Assembly (NCBI GenBank): GCA_934756675.1
Contig: CAKVLG010000003.1
Span: forward strand, 48,768-112,767
Reading direction: 5' to 3'
DNA length: 64,000 nt
DNA from: an uncultured Clostridia bacterium
Lineage (GTDB): Bacteria > Bacillota > Clostridia > Christensenellales > UBA1242
Below are positions 28,597-36,515 of this stretch, piece after piece. Position numbers and translations under genes: made by a program. The number at the start of each line of letters is the position of its first letter. Within the stretch, counting starts at the first letter, position 1. The notes beneath the pieces were generated by a model. The model saw only the letters and a list, made by a program, of their open reading frames with translations, searched no databases and was not told the DNA's origin.

Positions 28597-30120
28597 TTAT
28601 TTCATCATTTTTTTTACATTATCTGTACTAGACTTTTCCATCTTAAGTTTTAAGCCACTCTCAGATAAAGAATAAACATGATCACATACTTCATTTATAT
28701 ATTTTCTATCATGCGATACGCTAATAATTGTACCATCATATTCTTTTAAAATAGCACGAATGACAGGGTTCGACATTGGACTTAAATTACGTGTTGGTTC
28801 ATCTAATATTAAACAATTATCTTTATCAATAACCATTTTTAAGATATAAAGCTTTGCTTGTTGTCCCCCACTTAACTCGCCTATCTTATGCATCATTTCG
28901 TTTGATGTAAATTTACAACACCCCATCAAGGTATAGCAAAATGTTTTTTGTTCCTTGTTACCACCAGGACAAAGGAAATCAATTGGGTATTCTTCAAAGT
29001 TCATCATTTCAGAATAATTTTGTGGCATATAACCGACTTTTATATTTTCTTTTTGTGTCACATTTTTGTATATTTCTTTTAGAAGTGTTGTTTTTCCAAC
29101 TCCGTTTGTTCCAGTAATCACAACTTTTTGCGGTCCGACAACTTTTAACTCAATGTCATGCGACAACTCTTTATCTGGACACGACAATGTATTTAGTTGC
29201 AAATCACAAACAACTTTACTCTTAGGCATGTCAACTTCGTCAAAGAATAAACCTATAGCACTTTCGGTATCAACGTAATCTGGTAATCCTTTCTTCTCTA
29301 AGCGTTCACGCTGAGCCACCAGTCTACGAACAACTTTCTCACCAGCACCAGCATCTATTAGTCTTTGTATTGTGCTCATTTTTTCGTTGTATAATGTTTC
29401 TTGTGCTTTTGCAATTCTATCTTGATTTATTTGACTACGTTTACGCATTAGTTCGTATTCTTTTAGTCCACCTTTAAAAACTGTGTAATGAAATTCGTTT
29501 TTTCTTTTTAATTGCTCAAAATGAACAATCATATTTGCCGTGTTTTCGATAAATGTTTCATCGTGAGAAACAAAAATAACTGGAACATTACATTTTTTAA
29601 TAAAAGTTTCAATTACTTCAAGTGTTTGAATATCAACATCATTTGTAGGTTCATCAAATAAAAATATAGCTGGCGACATTTGTTTGATTTTTATTAGTTG
29701 TAATTTAACTTTCTCACCACCAGATAATGTTCCAATTAATTGATCACCGTCAAGCATGCTTGCTGGCAAACCAAATTCATGAAATGTACTCGCTATTTCA
29801 CTAAATTCATTGTATTTATCATAGTCAACTTCACTATCTGGGTTATCCTTTAAAAAATAATCTCTTATGCAATAATTATCCCAGCCATGATCGAGAAATT
29901 GGTGTAAATAACCAATTGGTTTTTCTATATTAATGTTACCTTCAACTGTGGCATAAGATGAGATATAATCTTTGTTAACTAATGCTTTGATAAATGTAGA
30001 TTTACCGTTGCCTTCTTCACCAATCAAGGCAACTTTATCACCTTCTTGCACAAGTAGATTTAGACCCACAATTAATTTTCTACCCTTTTTAGTGGTAATG
30101 TTTAAGTTGTCTATAATCAT
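28597..30120 (-). CDS. ABC-F family ATPase
   Basis: 507 aa with two ABC cassettes (GEEGNGKST, GTNGVGKTT; LSGGEK and LSGGQQ) and no TM domain. Lies 12 nt downstream of the GNAT gene. Confidence 0.85.
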   Translation of the reverse strand: MIIDNLNITTKKGRKLIVGLNLLVQEGDKVALIGEEGNGKSTFIKALVNKDYISSYATVEGNINIEKPIGYLHQFLDHGWDNYCIRDYFLKDNPDSEVDYDKYNEFSEIASTFHEFGLPASMLDGDQLIGTLSGGEKVKLQLIKIKQMSPAIFLFDEPTNDVDIQTLEVIETFIKKCNVPVIFVSHDETFIENTANMIVHFEQLKRKNEFHYTVFKGGLKEYELMRKRSQINQDRIAKAQETLYNEKMSTIQRLIDAGAGEKVVRRLVAQRERLEKKGLPDYVDTESAIGLFFDEVDMPKSKVVCDLQLNTLSCPDKELSHDIELKVVGPQKVVITGTNGVGKTTLLKEIYKNVTQKENIKVGYMPQNYSEMMNFEEYPIDFLCPGGNKEQKTFCYTLMGCCKFTSNEMMHKIGELSGGQQAKLYILKMVIDKDNCLILDEPTRNLSPMSNPVIRAILKEYDGTIISVSHDRKYINEVCDHVYSLSESGLKLKMEKSSTDNVKKMMK

Positions 30121-30132
30121 AAGTCACCTCCT

Positions 30133-30678
30133 TTATCTCTCTGGGGGTTTGTTTTCGTTTAGGCGGACGCTGAACATATTATATCCACAGTCGGTGCATT
30201 CTATATGCATGCCGTTTCGCTCCATTACTTTGCGGCTAAAATCGTTATGAGTGTTTACACTTGTGCAAACTTCGTCTACTTTACGATTAAAAATAAAATC
30301 CGCGTTTTTAATAATGGTGTGCATGATTGCATTGCCATAGCCTTTTCCCTGTTCATCTGGTCTTGTTAATAAATGAAAGACGGCAAGAGTTGTTGATTTA
30401 TCGTCGTATGTAACATGGTCAAGAACCACAGCGGCAACGTCTTTGTCATCTTCGTTAAACACAACAAAAGTACCAAGCGTTTCTCTCTCTGTTGTAATTG
30501 GCGAGTAATTATCTAATAATTCAACAATATTTGGATAATAATTGAGCAGACCAAAAGTAAGATAGTTCTCTACAGAATTTGGAAACCTACCCGCGTCTTT
30601 TTGCCAGTTATATAGCATGTGGCTGTGCAGAGCCTTGTTATATGGCACAAAATATACTTTTGGCAATTTTTCGTTCAT
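30133..30678 (-). CDS. GNAT family N-acetyltransferase
   Basis: 181 aa with acetyl-CoA binding motif RPDEQGKGYGNAIM. There is no SD; a TATAAT box ends 6 nt before the ATG. Confidence 0.72.
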   Translation of the reverse strand: MNEKLPKVYFVPYNKALHSHMLYNWQKDAGRFPNSVENYLTFGLLNYYPNIVELLDNYSPITTERETLGTFVVFNEDDKDVAAVVLDHVTYDDKSTTLAVFHLLTRPDEQGKGYGNAIMHTIIKNADFIFNRKVDEVCTSVNTHNDFSRKVMERNGMHIECTDCGYNMFSVRLNENKPPER

Positions 30679-30684
30679 AGTTTA

Positions 30685-30713
30685 ATTATACAACGCTAAG
30701 ACAAAATCTGCAA
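30685..30713 (-). promoter_or_regulatory. promoter of the GNAT-ABC-F operon (predicts a leaderless mRNA)
   Basis: Minus strand TTGCAG-17 nt-TATAAT, then TAAACT, then ATG. Confidence 0.5.
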
Positions 30714-30808
30714 GAGTTTCTTTTTTAACTTTTGTTTTGTTGCTTGCGGCTGCTATCCTGTTATTTTTAGTATATTTTTGTTTTTTTTACTATACATTAT
30801 CAATTTAG

Positions 30809-30837
30809 TTTTCAAAATACAAAAAAATGTGTATAAT
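30809..30837 (+). promoter_or_regulatory. promoter candidate for the PAP2 gene
   Basis: TTTTCA-17 nt-TATAAT. The TG of the adjacent ATGTG sequence ends one base closer to the -10 than a canonical TGn extended -10. Confidence 0.5.
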
Positions 30838-30865
30838 ACATTTATAAAAGATTAAGTGGTGGTTT

Positions 30866-31603
30866 ATGAAAAAGAACAGTAAATTATTAGTTTCGATTAT
30901 TTCATTTTGTTTATTTATAATTCTTACCATTTGCTTGCTATTTATCGACAGGCAAGCTGTTGGCCCAAACGGTTCAATTGTTGGACTTGCAACTATTAAC
31001 AAGTGGTTCTCTGACCTAGTTGGCAGCAATAACATTCTTTATATCATAACAGACTGGGCAAGCATTTTACCAATAGCTCTTGCTGTTTGCTATGCTGTTA
31101 TCGGTGTTATTCAATGGATACAAAGAAAGAACTTAAAAAATGTTGATTCTAGTATTTTATTACTTGGCGCATTCTATATCGGAATTTTCCTTGTTTACCT
31201 ATTCTTTGAATTTGTTGTTGTAAACCGCAGACCAGTTTTGATTAATGGCGTGTTAGAAGCAAGTTTCCCTTCTTCTACAACGCTTTTAAGTATAACATTC
31301 TTGCTCCTTTCTATTTATCAAACAGACAGGCTTATCAAAAACAATGCAGCTAAAATAACTATCAAGGTTTGCTCACTTGTTTATATGTGGTTTTTGATAA
31401 TTGGTAGAGTTATTGCTGGTGTACATTGGTTAACAGATATTTTAGCAGCAATTATGCTTGCTCTTGCAATTGTTTATTTGTATTACTATTTGTGCGATGT
31501 TATAAATGACAATCAAATAGTTTTAAATAGCAAACTTGCCAAAAAGGCAAACAAAGCCGCTATAAAATCATCTAAAAAGAAAGCAAAAGAACAAACATTA
31601 TAA
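30866..31603 (+). CDS. PAP2 superfamily membrane phosphatase
   Basis: 245 aa, multi-TM, with PAP2 C-terminal motif GRVIAGVHWLTDI and a Lys-rich tail. Confidence 0.72.
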   Translation: MKKNSKLLVSIISFCLFIILTICLLFIDRQAVGPNGSIVGLATINKWFSDLVGSNNILYIITDWASILPIALAVCYAVIGVIQWIQRKNLKNVDSSILLLGAFYIGIFLVYLFFEFVVVNRRPVLINGVLEASFPSSTTLLSITFLLLSIYQTDRLIKNNAAKITIKVCSLVYMWFLIIGRVIAGVHWLTDILAAIMLALAIVYLYYYLCDVINDNQIVLNSKLAKKANKAAIKSSKKKAKEQTL

Positions 31604-31610
31604 GTAAAAC

Positions 31611-31642
31611 AAAAAATACAACCATAGCGGTTGTATTTTTTT
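31611..31642. terminator. bidirectional intrinsic terminator
   Basis: AAAAAATACAACC-ATAGC-GGTTGTATTTTTT, between convergent genes. Confidence 0.8.
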
Positions 31643-31712
31643 ATGCACCTTTATCCTTTCTTCGTTCCAAAAAACAGTTCAATAATAAGGTTAAAAATCA
31701 TCAAGGACAAGT

Positions 31713-32483
31713 TTAATTTTGTTCATCTTCATATTTATCTTCTTCTAATTCAACCGTACCTGCGACAACATCGCAAAGACCATTAGGAACAAGAAACTTA
31801 AATTTAATTACTTTTGATTTTGCATTCCAATTGACAAATGTAATCTCACCTAAGCTAATTTCATCAGTTTCTGCGGTTGTAACGCACGCAATATATCCAC
31901 TATTAGAATTAATCTTTATTGTTTTACCTTGCAATTTATCTATTTTATTAAAAATAATCCCATTGTCATTTTCTGGGTCAGATAAAAGTGTGCCGTCAAA
32001 ATAACCAAGTTCAATGTTAAACAAAAGGCTTTCGTAACCAATTACATCGTCATAATTTTTTGGCTTGCCTACTAATTTTATTCCTTCGATATAAAAGCCC
32101 AAGTGGTAACCAGGTATGTCATTAAAGTCTTTCACGATGCCATATTTTCCTTTAGCAGAAAATTTGATTTTTTCTTTTACAAAATCAACATAGCCAACCT
32201 TGTTGTAACAATAATCGTCAACAGAAACATATTTAGAAATCAATTTTTTCACTTGCTCTTCATACAAAAACTCTTCGTTGTCTGCATTTTTAACTCTTCT
32301 TGCATTCACAACAATTTGCCATATGCAGCAAGGAACAAATATTAGAACACCAAGCACACCAGCAACCGCCAAATTTTCTAATCTTGTGGAGCTAAACCCC
32401 AAATAAATAATAACACCAAACAGTGGCACACTTGTAGCAAGTGCAACAATCCATGCAATTAATGCTGTTTTACTTTTCTCCAT
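31713..32483 (-). CDS. hypothetical membrane-anchored protein (256 aa)
   Basis: Two N-terminal TM helices, then a soluble domain with no motif I recognise, and an acidic C-terminus. Confidence 0.5.
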   Translation of the reverse strand: MEKSKTALIAWIVALATSVPLFGVIIYLGFSSTRLENLAVAGVLGVLIFVPCCIWQIVVNARRVKNADNEEFLYEEQVKKLISKYVSVDDYCYNKVGYVDFVKEKIKFSAKGKYGIVKDFNDIPGYHLGFYIEGIKLVGKPKNYDDVIGYESLLFNIELGYFDGTLLSDPENDNGIIFNKIDKLQGKTIKINSNSGYIACVTTAETDEISLGEITFVNWNAKSKVIKFKFLVPNGLCDVVAGTVELEEDKYEDEQN

Positions 32484-32495
32484 ATCGCTCTCCTT

Positions 32496-33086
32496 TTATT
32501 TCAAATTATTAAACAACTTTTGTTTTTCACTCTCTTCAAAATAACCAGATATAATTTTATCAATTTTACCGTTTTTGCAAACTATTAAACTCGGAAATTC
32601 GGTTATACCAAACACACTAACATCATCACCTGCACCTAAAATACATCTAAAATATTTGTTAACATCACAATGTTCGATGATATCAGAATATCTAATAGAT
32701 TTAAGCAAGCATTTGATGCTATCTTCGTCTATAACTTCAATCAAACAATTTTCTTGTTTAATTAAATTGCCTATATCCGAAAAATCTATCATTACATTTT
32801 TATTGATAACATCACCACCATACCTATCAACAAATAAATCTTCTGGGCTTCTTGGGTCGTCTTCAATAGCTTGTTTTAATTCATCATATTCCTCTTTTGT
32901 TTTTGCAACACCTATCGCGCCAATTGGACATACTTTTTCGCACGCGCCACAAGATATGCATTTGCTGTTATCAATTTCTATTCTTTTTGTTTTTCCGTTA
33001 TAAGTAAATGCTCCAACTGGACAAACACTAATGCCACCGCAAGCATTTGCTTGATCACAAATTTTATAATTAATAATTGCTGCCAT
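32496..33086 (-). CDS. 4Fe-4S ferredoxin domain protein with a C-terminal thioredoxin-like region lacking CxxC
   Basis: 196 aa. Motifs CDQANACGGISVCP and CISCGACEKVCP. The C-terminal half resembles a Trx fold (FPSLIVCKNGK). Confidence 0.6.
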   Translation of the reverse strand: MAAIINYKICDQANACGGISVCPVGAFTYNGKTKRIEIDNSKCISCGACEKVCPIGAIGVAKTKEEYDELKQAIEDDPRSPEDLFVDRYGGDVINKNVMIDFSDIGNLIKQENCLIEVIDEDSIKCLLKSIRYSDIIEHCDVNKYFRCILGAGDDVSVFGITEFPSLIVCKNGKIDKIISGYFEESEKQKLFNNLK

Positions 33087-33119
33087 AAAATTTTACTTCA
33101 AAAAGAAGTAAAACTTTAA

Positions 33120-33559
33120 CTAACCAACAAATTTATTAATTTCTAAAAGATTTGCAACAATTATTCCACTAACCTTTAATCCTTCTGGTAATCGTTCTGT
33201 TTCTTCGTAATTTTTGATTTCTTCAAACAATTTACCTTGGGTTTCTAGTGTAGCAACAGCTGATATTTTATATTGTGTGCTATTTAATGGATCACTAGGA
33301 TTTACCTCATAAAAGTGTAAAAAGATATTAGGATTTTCTGCAACATTTTGTTTTGACACAACCATTTGAATAACTGGAATAATAATTCTGCCATTTTCAA
33401 ATCTCGAAGGTTCGACCATTGTGCAATGTGGAACGCCTTTTGCGCTCGCAGTTGCTAACATACAAACATCAATTTTTTTTAAAATTTCAACTTGTTGATT
33501 AGTTAAAATTTTATTATCTCTTAGAAGGCTCCCCCCCCATTTATTTTGTTAGTTGTCAT
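33120..33559 (-). pseudogene. pyridoxamine 5'-phosphate oxidase-like (FMN-binding split-barrel) gene interrupted by a frameshift in a G8 run
   Basis: ATG 33559 (AAAGGAGG 8 nt upstream, abuts the stop of the upstream gene) reads MTTNKINGGGAF and then stops. The frame of the 113-aa track ORF stays open back through the run (..WGGSLLRDNKILTNQQVEILKKIDVCMLATASAKG..). One extra G would fuse them. Confidence 0.6.
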
Positions 33560-34690
33560 TTATTTTTCCTCCTTTATTTGTTTTAAATGATTTATAAAAT
33601 AATCTATTTGTGAAATAGTAGTATTTTCGTCAATACTAACACGAATTGTGTTCTGCGGGTTTTTAACACCCATACTTAAAAGAACATAACTTGGCTCACT
33701 ACTTTCGCTATTACAAGCGCTACCCGTCGATACACATATTCCATATTTTTCAAGCTTAAACATAATCTCGTTACCAGAAATATTTTGCATTGTTACACTT
33801 GTTGTATTTGGTATTCTTTCAACTTTTACAGCATTTATAATAGCACCACACGATAGCAATTGTTTTTCCAAATATTGATTAATCTCTTTTAATTTTGTTT
33901 GCAAAGTCAAAAAATTTTGTTTTATATGTGTGCAAGCTTCACCAAGTGCAACAATTCCAAGTACATTTTCTGTTCCACCACGAAGTCCAAATTCTTGATG
34001 CCCTGCAATAAGTGGAACATAGTTTGTGGTATCTTTTATGTATAGCATACCAATGCCTTTTATGCAATGAATCTTGTGCCCAGAAAATGAAATATAATCT
34101 GCATTAAGTTTTTGCACGTTTATTTCAACCTTACCAAGACCTTGCACGCAATCAATATGAAATTCAAAATTGTATTTATTTTTTAATTTTGCAACGAAGT
34201 TAACAACTTCATCTGTTAAAATAATTGTTCCAACTTCATTGTTTGCAAATTGAATAGAAACTAGGCATGTATTGTTATCGACTTGTTTTTCCAATTGCTT
34301 TAAATCAATCTTACAATTTTCGTCAACATCTAAATAAACAACATTATACCCCTTTTTCTCTAATAGCTTACAATATTCGAGCACAGAGCTATGTTCGACT
34401 TTTGTTGTAATTATTTTCTTTTTGCTTGGATATTTATTAATAGCACTATTAAAAGCCGAACAATTCCCCTCGCTTCCACCACTTACAAATATCAAATTGC
34501 TAGGGTTACAATTTACCAGTTCTGCACATTGTTTACGCGACTGTTCAACAATTTTTCGTATTTTTGTCCCATGCTCATAAATAGAACTTGGATTACCAAA
34601 TTGCAAATCTAAATATGGTTGCAAAGTTGCTTTAATATCACTATTCAGCTTTGTTGTCGCATTATTGTCTAAATAAACAAACCTATTCAC
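33560..34690 (-). CDS. cysteine desulfurase (NifS-like class V aminotransferase)
   Basis: 376 aa. PLP-lysine motif SGHKIHCIKGIGMLYI and active-site GSACNS. GTG start with AAGGAG 11 nt upstream. Confidence 0.85.
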   Translation of the reverse strand: MNRFVYLDNNATTKLNSDIKATLQPYLDLQFGNPSSIYEHGTKIRKIVEQSRKQCAELVNCNPSNLIFVSGGSEGNCSAFNSAINKYPSKKKIITTKVEHSSVLEYCKLLEKKGYNVVYLDVDENCKIDLKQLEKQVDNNTCLVSIQFANNEVGTIILTDEVVNFVAKLKNKYNFEFHIDCVQGLGKVEINVQKLNADYISFSGHKIHCIKGIGMLYIKDTTNYVPLIAGHQEFGLRGGTENVLGIVALGEACTHIKQNFLTLQTKLKEINQYLEKQLLSCGAIINAVKVERIPNTTSVTMQNISGNEIMFKLEKYGICVSTGSACNSESSEPSYVLLSMGVKNPQNTIRVSIDENTTISQIDYFINHLKQIKEEK

Positions 34691-34757
34691 TACGCATTAA
34701 GCTCCTTTTGGATAATACACCATCAAAATCAAAACAAGTCACATTTTGCAATTCAAT

Positions 34758-34785
34758 AATATAATATCTTTATTGCAATTGTCAA
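34758..34785 (-). promoter_or_regulatory. promoter candidate for the nifS-like operon
   Basis: Minus strand TTGACA-16 nt-TATATT. Confidence 0.45.
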
Positions 34786-34846
34786 TTTATATCGCAAACA
34801 CTAGCAGCAAAATATGTTTTTTGTGTCAAAGCGAACCCTGGGTCTA

Positions 34847-34910
34847 AGTCCCGCTTTGTAGCAAAACAAAAAGACGGACTTTTCCGTCTTTTTTTGGAGC
34901 TGATGGCGGG
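34847..34910. repeat. 64-nt direct repeat, copy A (terminator hairpin plus 16 nt of tRNA-Thr 3' end, no intact tRNA attached)
   Basis: Identical to 35011..35074: AGTCCCGCTTTGTAGCAAAACAAAAAGACGGACTTTTCCGTCTTTTTTTGGAGCTGATGGCGGG. Confidence 0.9.
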
Positions 34911-35010
34911 GCGACGCGTTAAGAAAACAAGCCGGTGGCTTGTTTTTAGCCAAAGCCTGGGAGTGCTTTAGCACGGTCTGGGTGCGGGCAATGACGAGGA
35001 CCTTGGTCCG

Positions 35011-35074
35011 AGTCCCGCTTTGTAGCAAAACAAAAAGACGGACTTTTCCGTCTTTTTTTGGAGCTGATGGCGGG
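35011..35074. repeat. 64-nt direct repeat, copy B (terminator of tRNA-Thr plus the last 16 nt of the tRNA)
   Basis: Identical to 34847..34910, offset 164 nt. Contains hairpin AAGACGGA-CTTT-TCCGTCTT, with A/T runs usable on both strands. Confidence 0.9.
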
Positions 35075-35134
35075 ACTCGGACCCGCGACCTGCTGATTAC
35101 GAATCAGCTGCACTACCAACTGTGCTACATCAGC
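35059..35134 (-). tRNA. tRNA-Thr (anticodon CGT)
   Basis: Minus strand GCTGATGTAGCACAGTTGGTAGTGC, anticodon arm GCTGA-TTCGTAA-TCAGC, T arm GCGGG-TCCGAGT-CCCGC, encoded CCA. Confidence 0.9.
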
Positions 35135-35197
35135 AAAACTTATGGTAAGTTTATCACATTGCATCGCAAGTTGGCAATACATTTTTATAAGTTTGGC

Positions 35198-35228
35198 AAA
35201 AAAAATAAAAAGCAGGTGCACCCTGCTC
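35198..35228 (-). terminator. intrinsic terminator after rubrerythrin
   Basis: Minus strand AGCAGG-GTGCA-CCTGCT followed by TTTTTATTTTTTTT, starting right after the stop codon. Confidence 0.8.
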
Positions 35229-35825
35229 TTATAGTGTATATTTTGATGGCAAAATAATTCGAAATACACCTTGTTCTGACTGACAAAGTGGACATTTTGT
35301 TGGAGCCTCGCTGCCACTGTGTTCATATCCGCATTCTGGACACACCCATTTTGTCGATTTTTCTTTTTTATACATGGTTTTTTCTTTCATTTGATTATGA
35401 AGTTCCAAAAAGATTGCACTATGCTGAAGCTCTACCTTTTTTATTTTTTCCATAAGTTCCGCCTCGTCTGTGAAACCTTCTTTTTTTGCAACTTTTATAT
35501 ATTTTTCATAAGACTTAGAATCTTGTTTTTCATCGTCTGCCGCAAGCCTAAGATTCTCGCAGACGTCCCACTTTTCTTTGAATGGAAAACCACCAGAAAT
35601 GTCGATATTATCAATCTGCTTTAAACCCGATTTTTGCAGAGCTGCATAAAGCATACGCGAATGCGTAAACTCTTGGTATGCAATCTTATCAACAATTGCT
35701 GCCAGTGCCTTATATCCATTGTATCTTGCGCCATACTCAATATACTCATACCTTGCCCTTGCTTGGCATTCTGCAGCAAACGCTGCCGCTAAATTTTTAA
35801 ATGTTTCGCTATCTTCTAATTTCAT
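35229..35825 (-). CDS. rbr: rubrerythrin
   Basis: Ferritin-like diiron domain (ECQARARYEY, EFTH, ELQH) plus a C-terminal rubredoxin CPECG...CPLCQ. Start at ATG 35825 (MKLEDSETFKNL). Confidence 0.88.
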   Translation of the reverse strand: MKLEDSETFKNLAAAFAAECQARARYEYIEYGARYNGYKALAAIVDKIAYQEFTHSRMLYAALQKSGLKQIDNIDISGGFPFKEKWDVCENLRLAADDEKQDSKSYEKYIKVAKKEGFTDEAELMEKIKKVELQHSAIFLELHNQMKEKTMYKKEKSTKWVCPECGYEHSGSEAPTKCPLCQSEQGVFRIILPSKYTL

Positions 35826-35881
35826 AAAACCCCCTTGTTCCAATTGTGGGCAATATGAAAAAATATATACATAAAAATGCA

Positions 35882-35910
35882 AAATAAAAAGTGCGATTGA
35901 AACGCACTTA
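35882..35910 (-). terminator. intrinsic terminator after plsC
   Basis: Minus strand AAGTGCG-TTTCAAT-CGCACTT followed by TTTATTTT. Confidence 0.75.
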
Positions 35911-35912
35911 TA

Positions 35913-36506
35913 TTATTTTCTTAAAGCTTCAATTTTTTCAGCTAACAATTTTTCGTTTTTAGCGAGTTCTTCACTCGTTAACTTCTTAGGGTTTTCGGCT
36001 TCTATATAAAAAGGCTCACCAATTATTAATTTGTTAATGCAAAATATTCTTGGTTTCTTTTTAAAAACCACCGGAACGATTGGAACGTTTGCCTTGCCAG
36101 CAAACACAATTGCCCCCGCTTTTACATCTTGCATTTGGTTAACGTTTTGCGTTTTATTACGTGTCCCTTCTGGGAAAATGCCAACTGGTTTATTATTTTT
36201 CAAAGTATTCATAACAGTTTTAAATGCCGTTATGTCGGCATTTTCGCGGTCTACCGGAATCATGCCAAACACTTTTGTGAACATGAACTTTGAAAACTTA
36301 GATTTGCAAAGTTCTTTTTTACCAAGGAATGTCAAACGTTTGTAAAGCCTAATGTCAAGTATCACCGTATCCATATTCGATGTATGATTTGCACAAAGGA
36401 TATATCCTTGTTTCTTGGGTAAATTTTTTCGCCCTTTTACAATTGTTGGAAACAACAGCATGCAAGGAATATATATCAGCAAATATAAAATAACAAATAA
36501 AACCAT
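35913..36506 (-). CDS. plsC: 1-acyl-sn-glycerol-3-phosphate acyltransferase
   Basis: 197 aa with HX4D motif NHTSNMD and FPEGTR. Confidence 0.8.
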   Translation of the reverse strand: MVLFVILYLLIYIPCMLLFPTIVKGRKNLPKKQGYILCANHTSNMDTVILDIRLYKRLTFLGKKELCKSKFSKFMFTKVFGMIPVDRENADITAFKTVMNTLKNNKPVGIFPEGTRNKTQNVNQMQDVKAGAIVFAGKANVPIVPVVFKKKPRIFCINKLIIGEPFYIEAENPKKLTSEELAKNEKLLAEKIEALRK

Positions 36507-36515
36507 AAATCCTCC

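Noticed and set aside
33087-33119. Perfect 9-bp hairpin (TTTTACTTC-5 nt-GAAGTAAAA) between the PNPOx-like gene and the ferredoxin-domain gene, ending 3 nt before the latter's ATG
   Set aside because: It could be a weak terminator or a translation-masking stem. However, the stem is almost all A/T, there is no proper U-tract or SD to sequester, and I have no context to build a testable model. It is probably an operon-internal processing or stability element at most.
34847-35134. Integrated mobile element bounded by att-like duplications of the tRNA-Thr 3' end
   Set aside because: Only about 100 nt separate the two repeat copies. There is no integrase or any other ORF between or beside them. 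The duplicated block also includes 48 nt downstream of the tRNA (its terminator), which is not how att duplications look. It is kept only as a repeat/possible ncRNA finding.
34801-35326. Track ORFs of 75, 105 and 126 aa overlapping the tRNA-Thr region
   Set aside because: They traverse the tRNA gene, the duplicated terminators and the rubrerythrin 3' end. There are no ribosome-binding sites, and the composition is driven by structured-RNA sequence.
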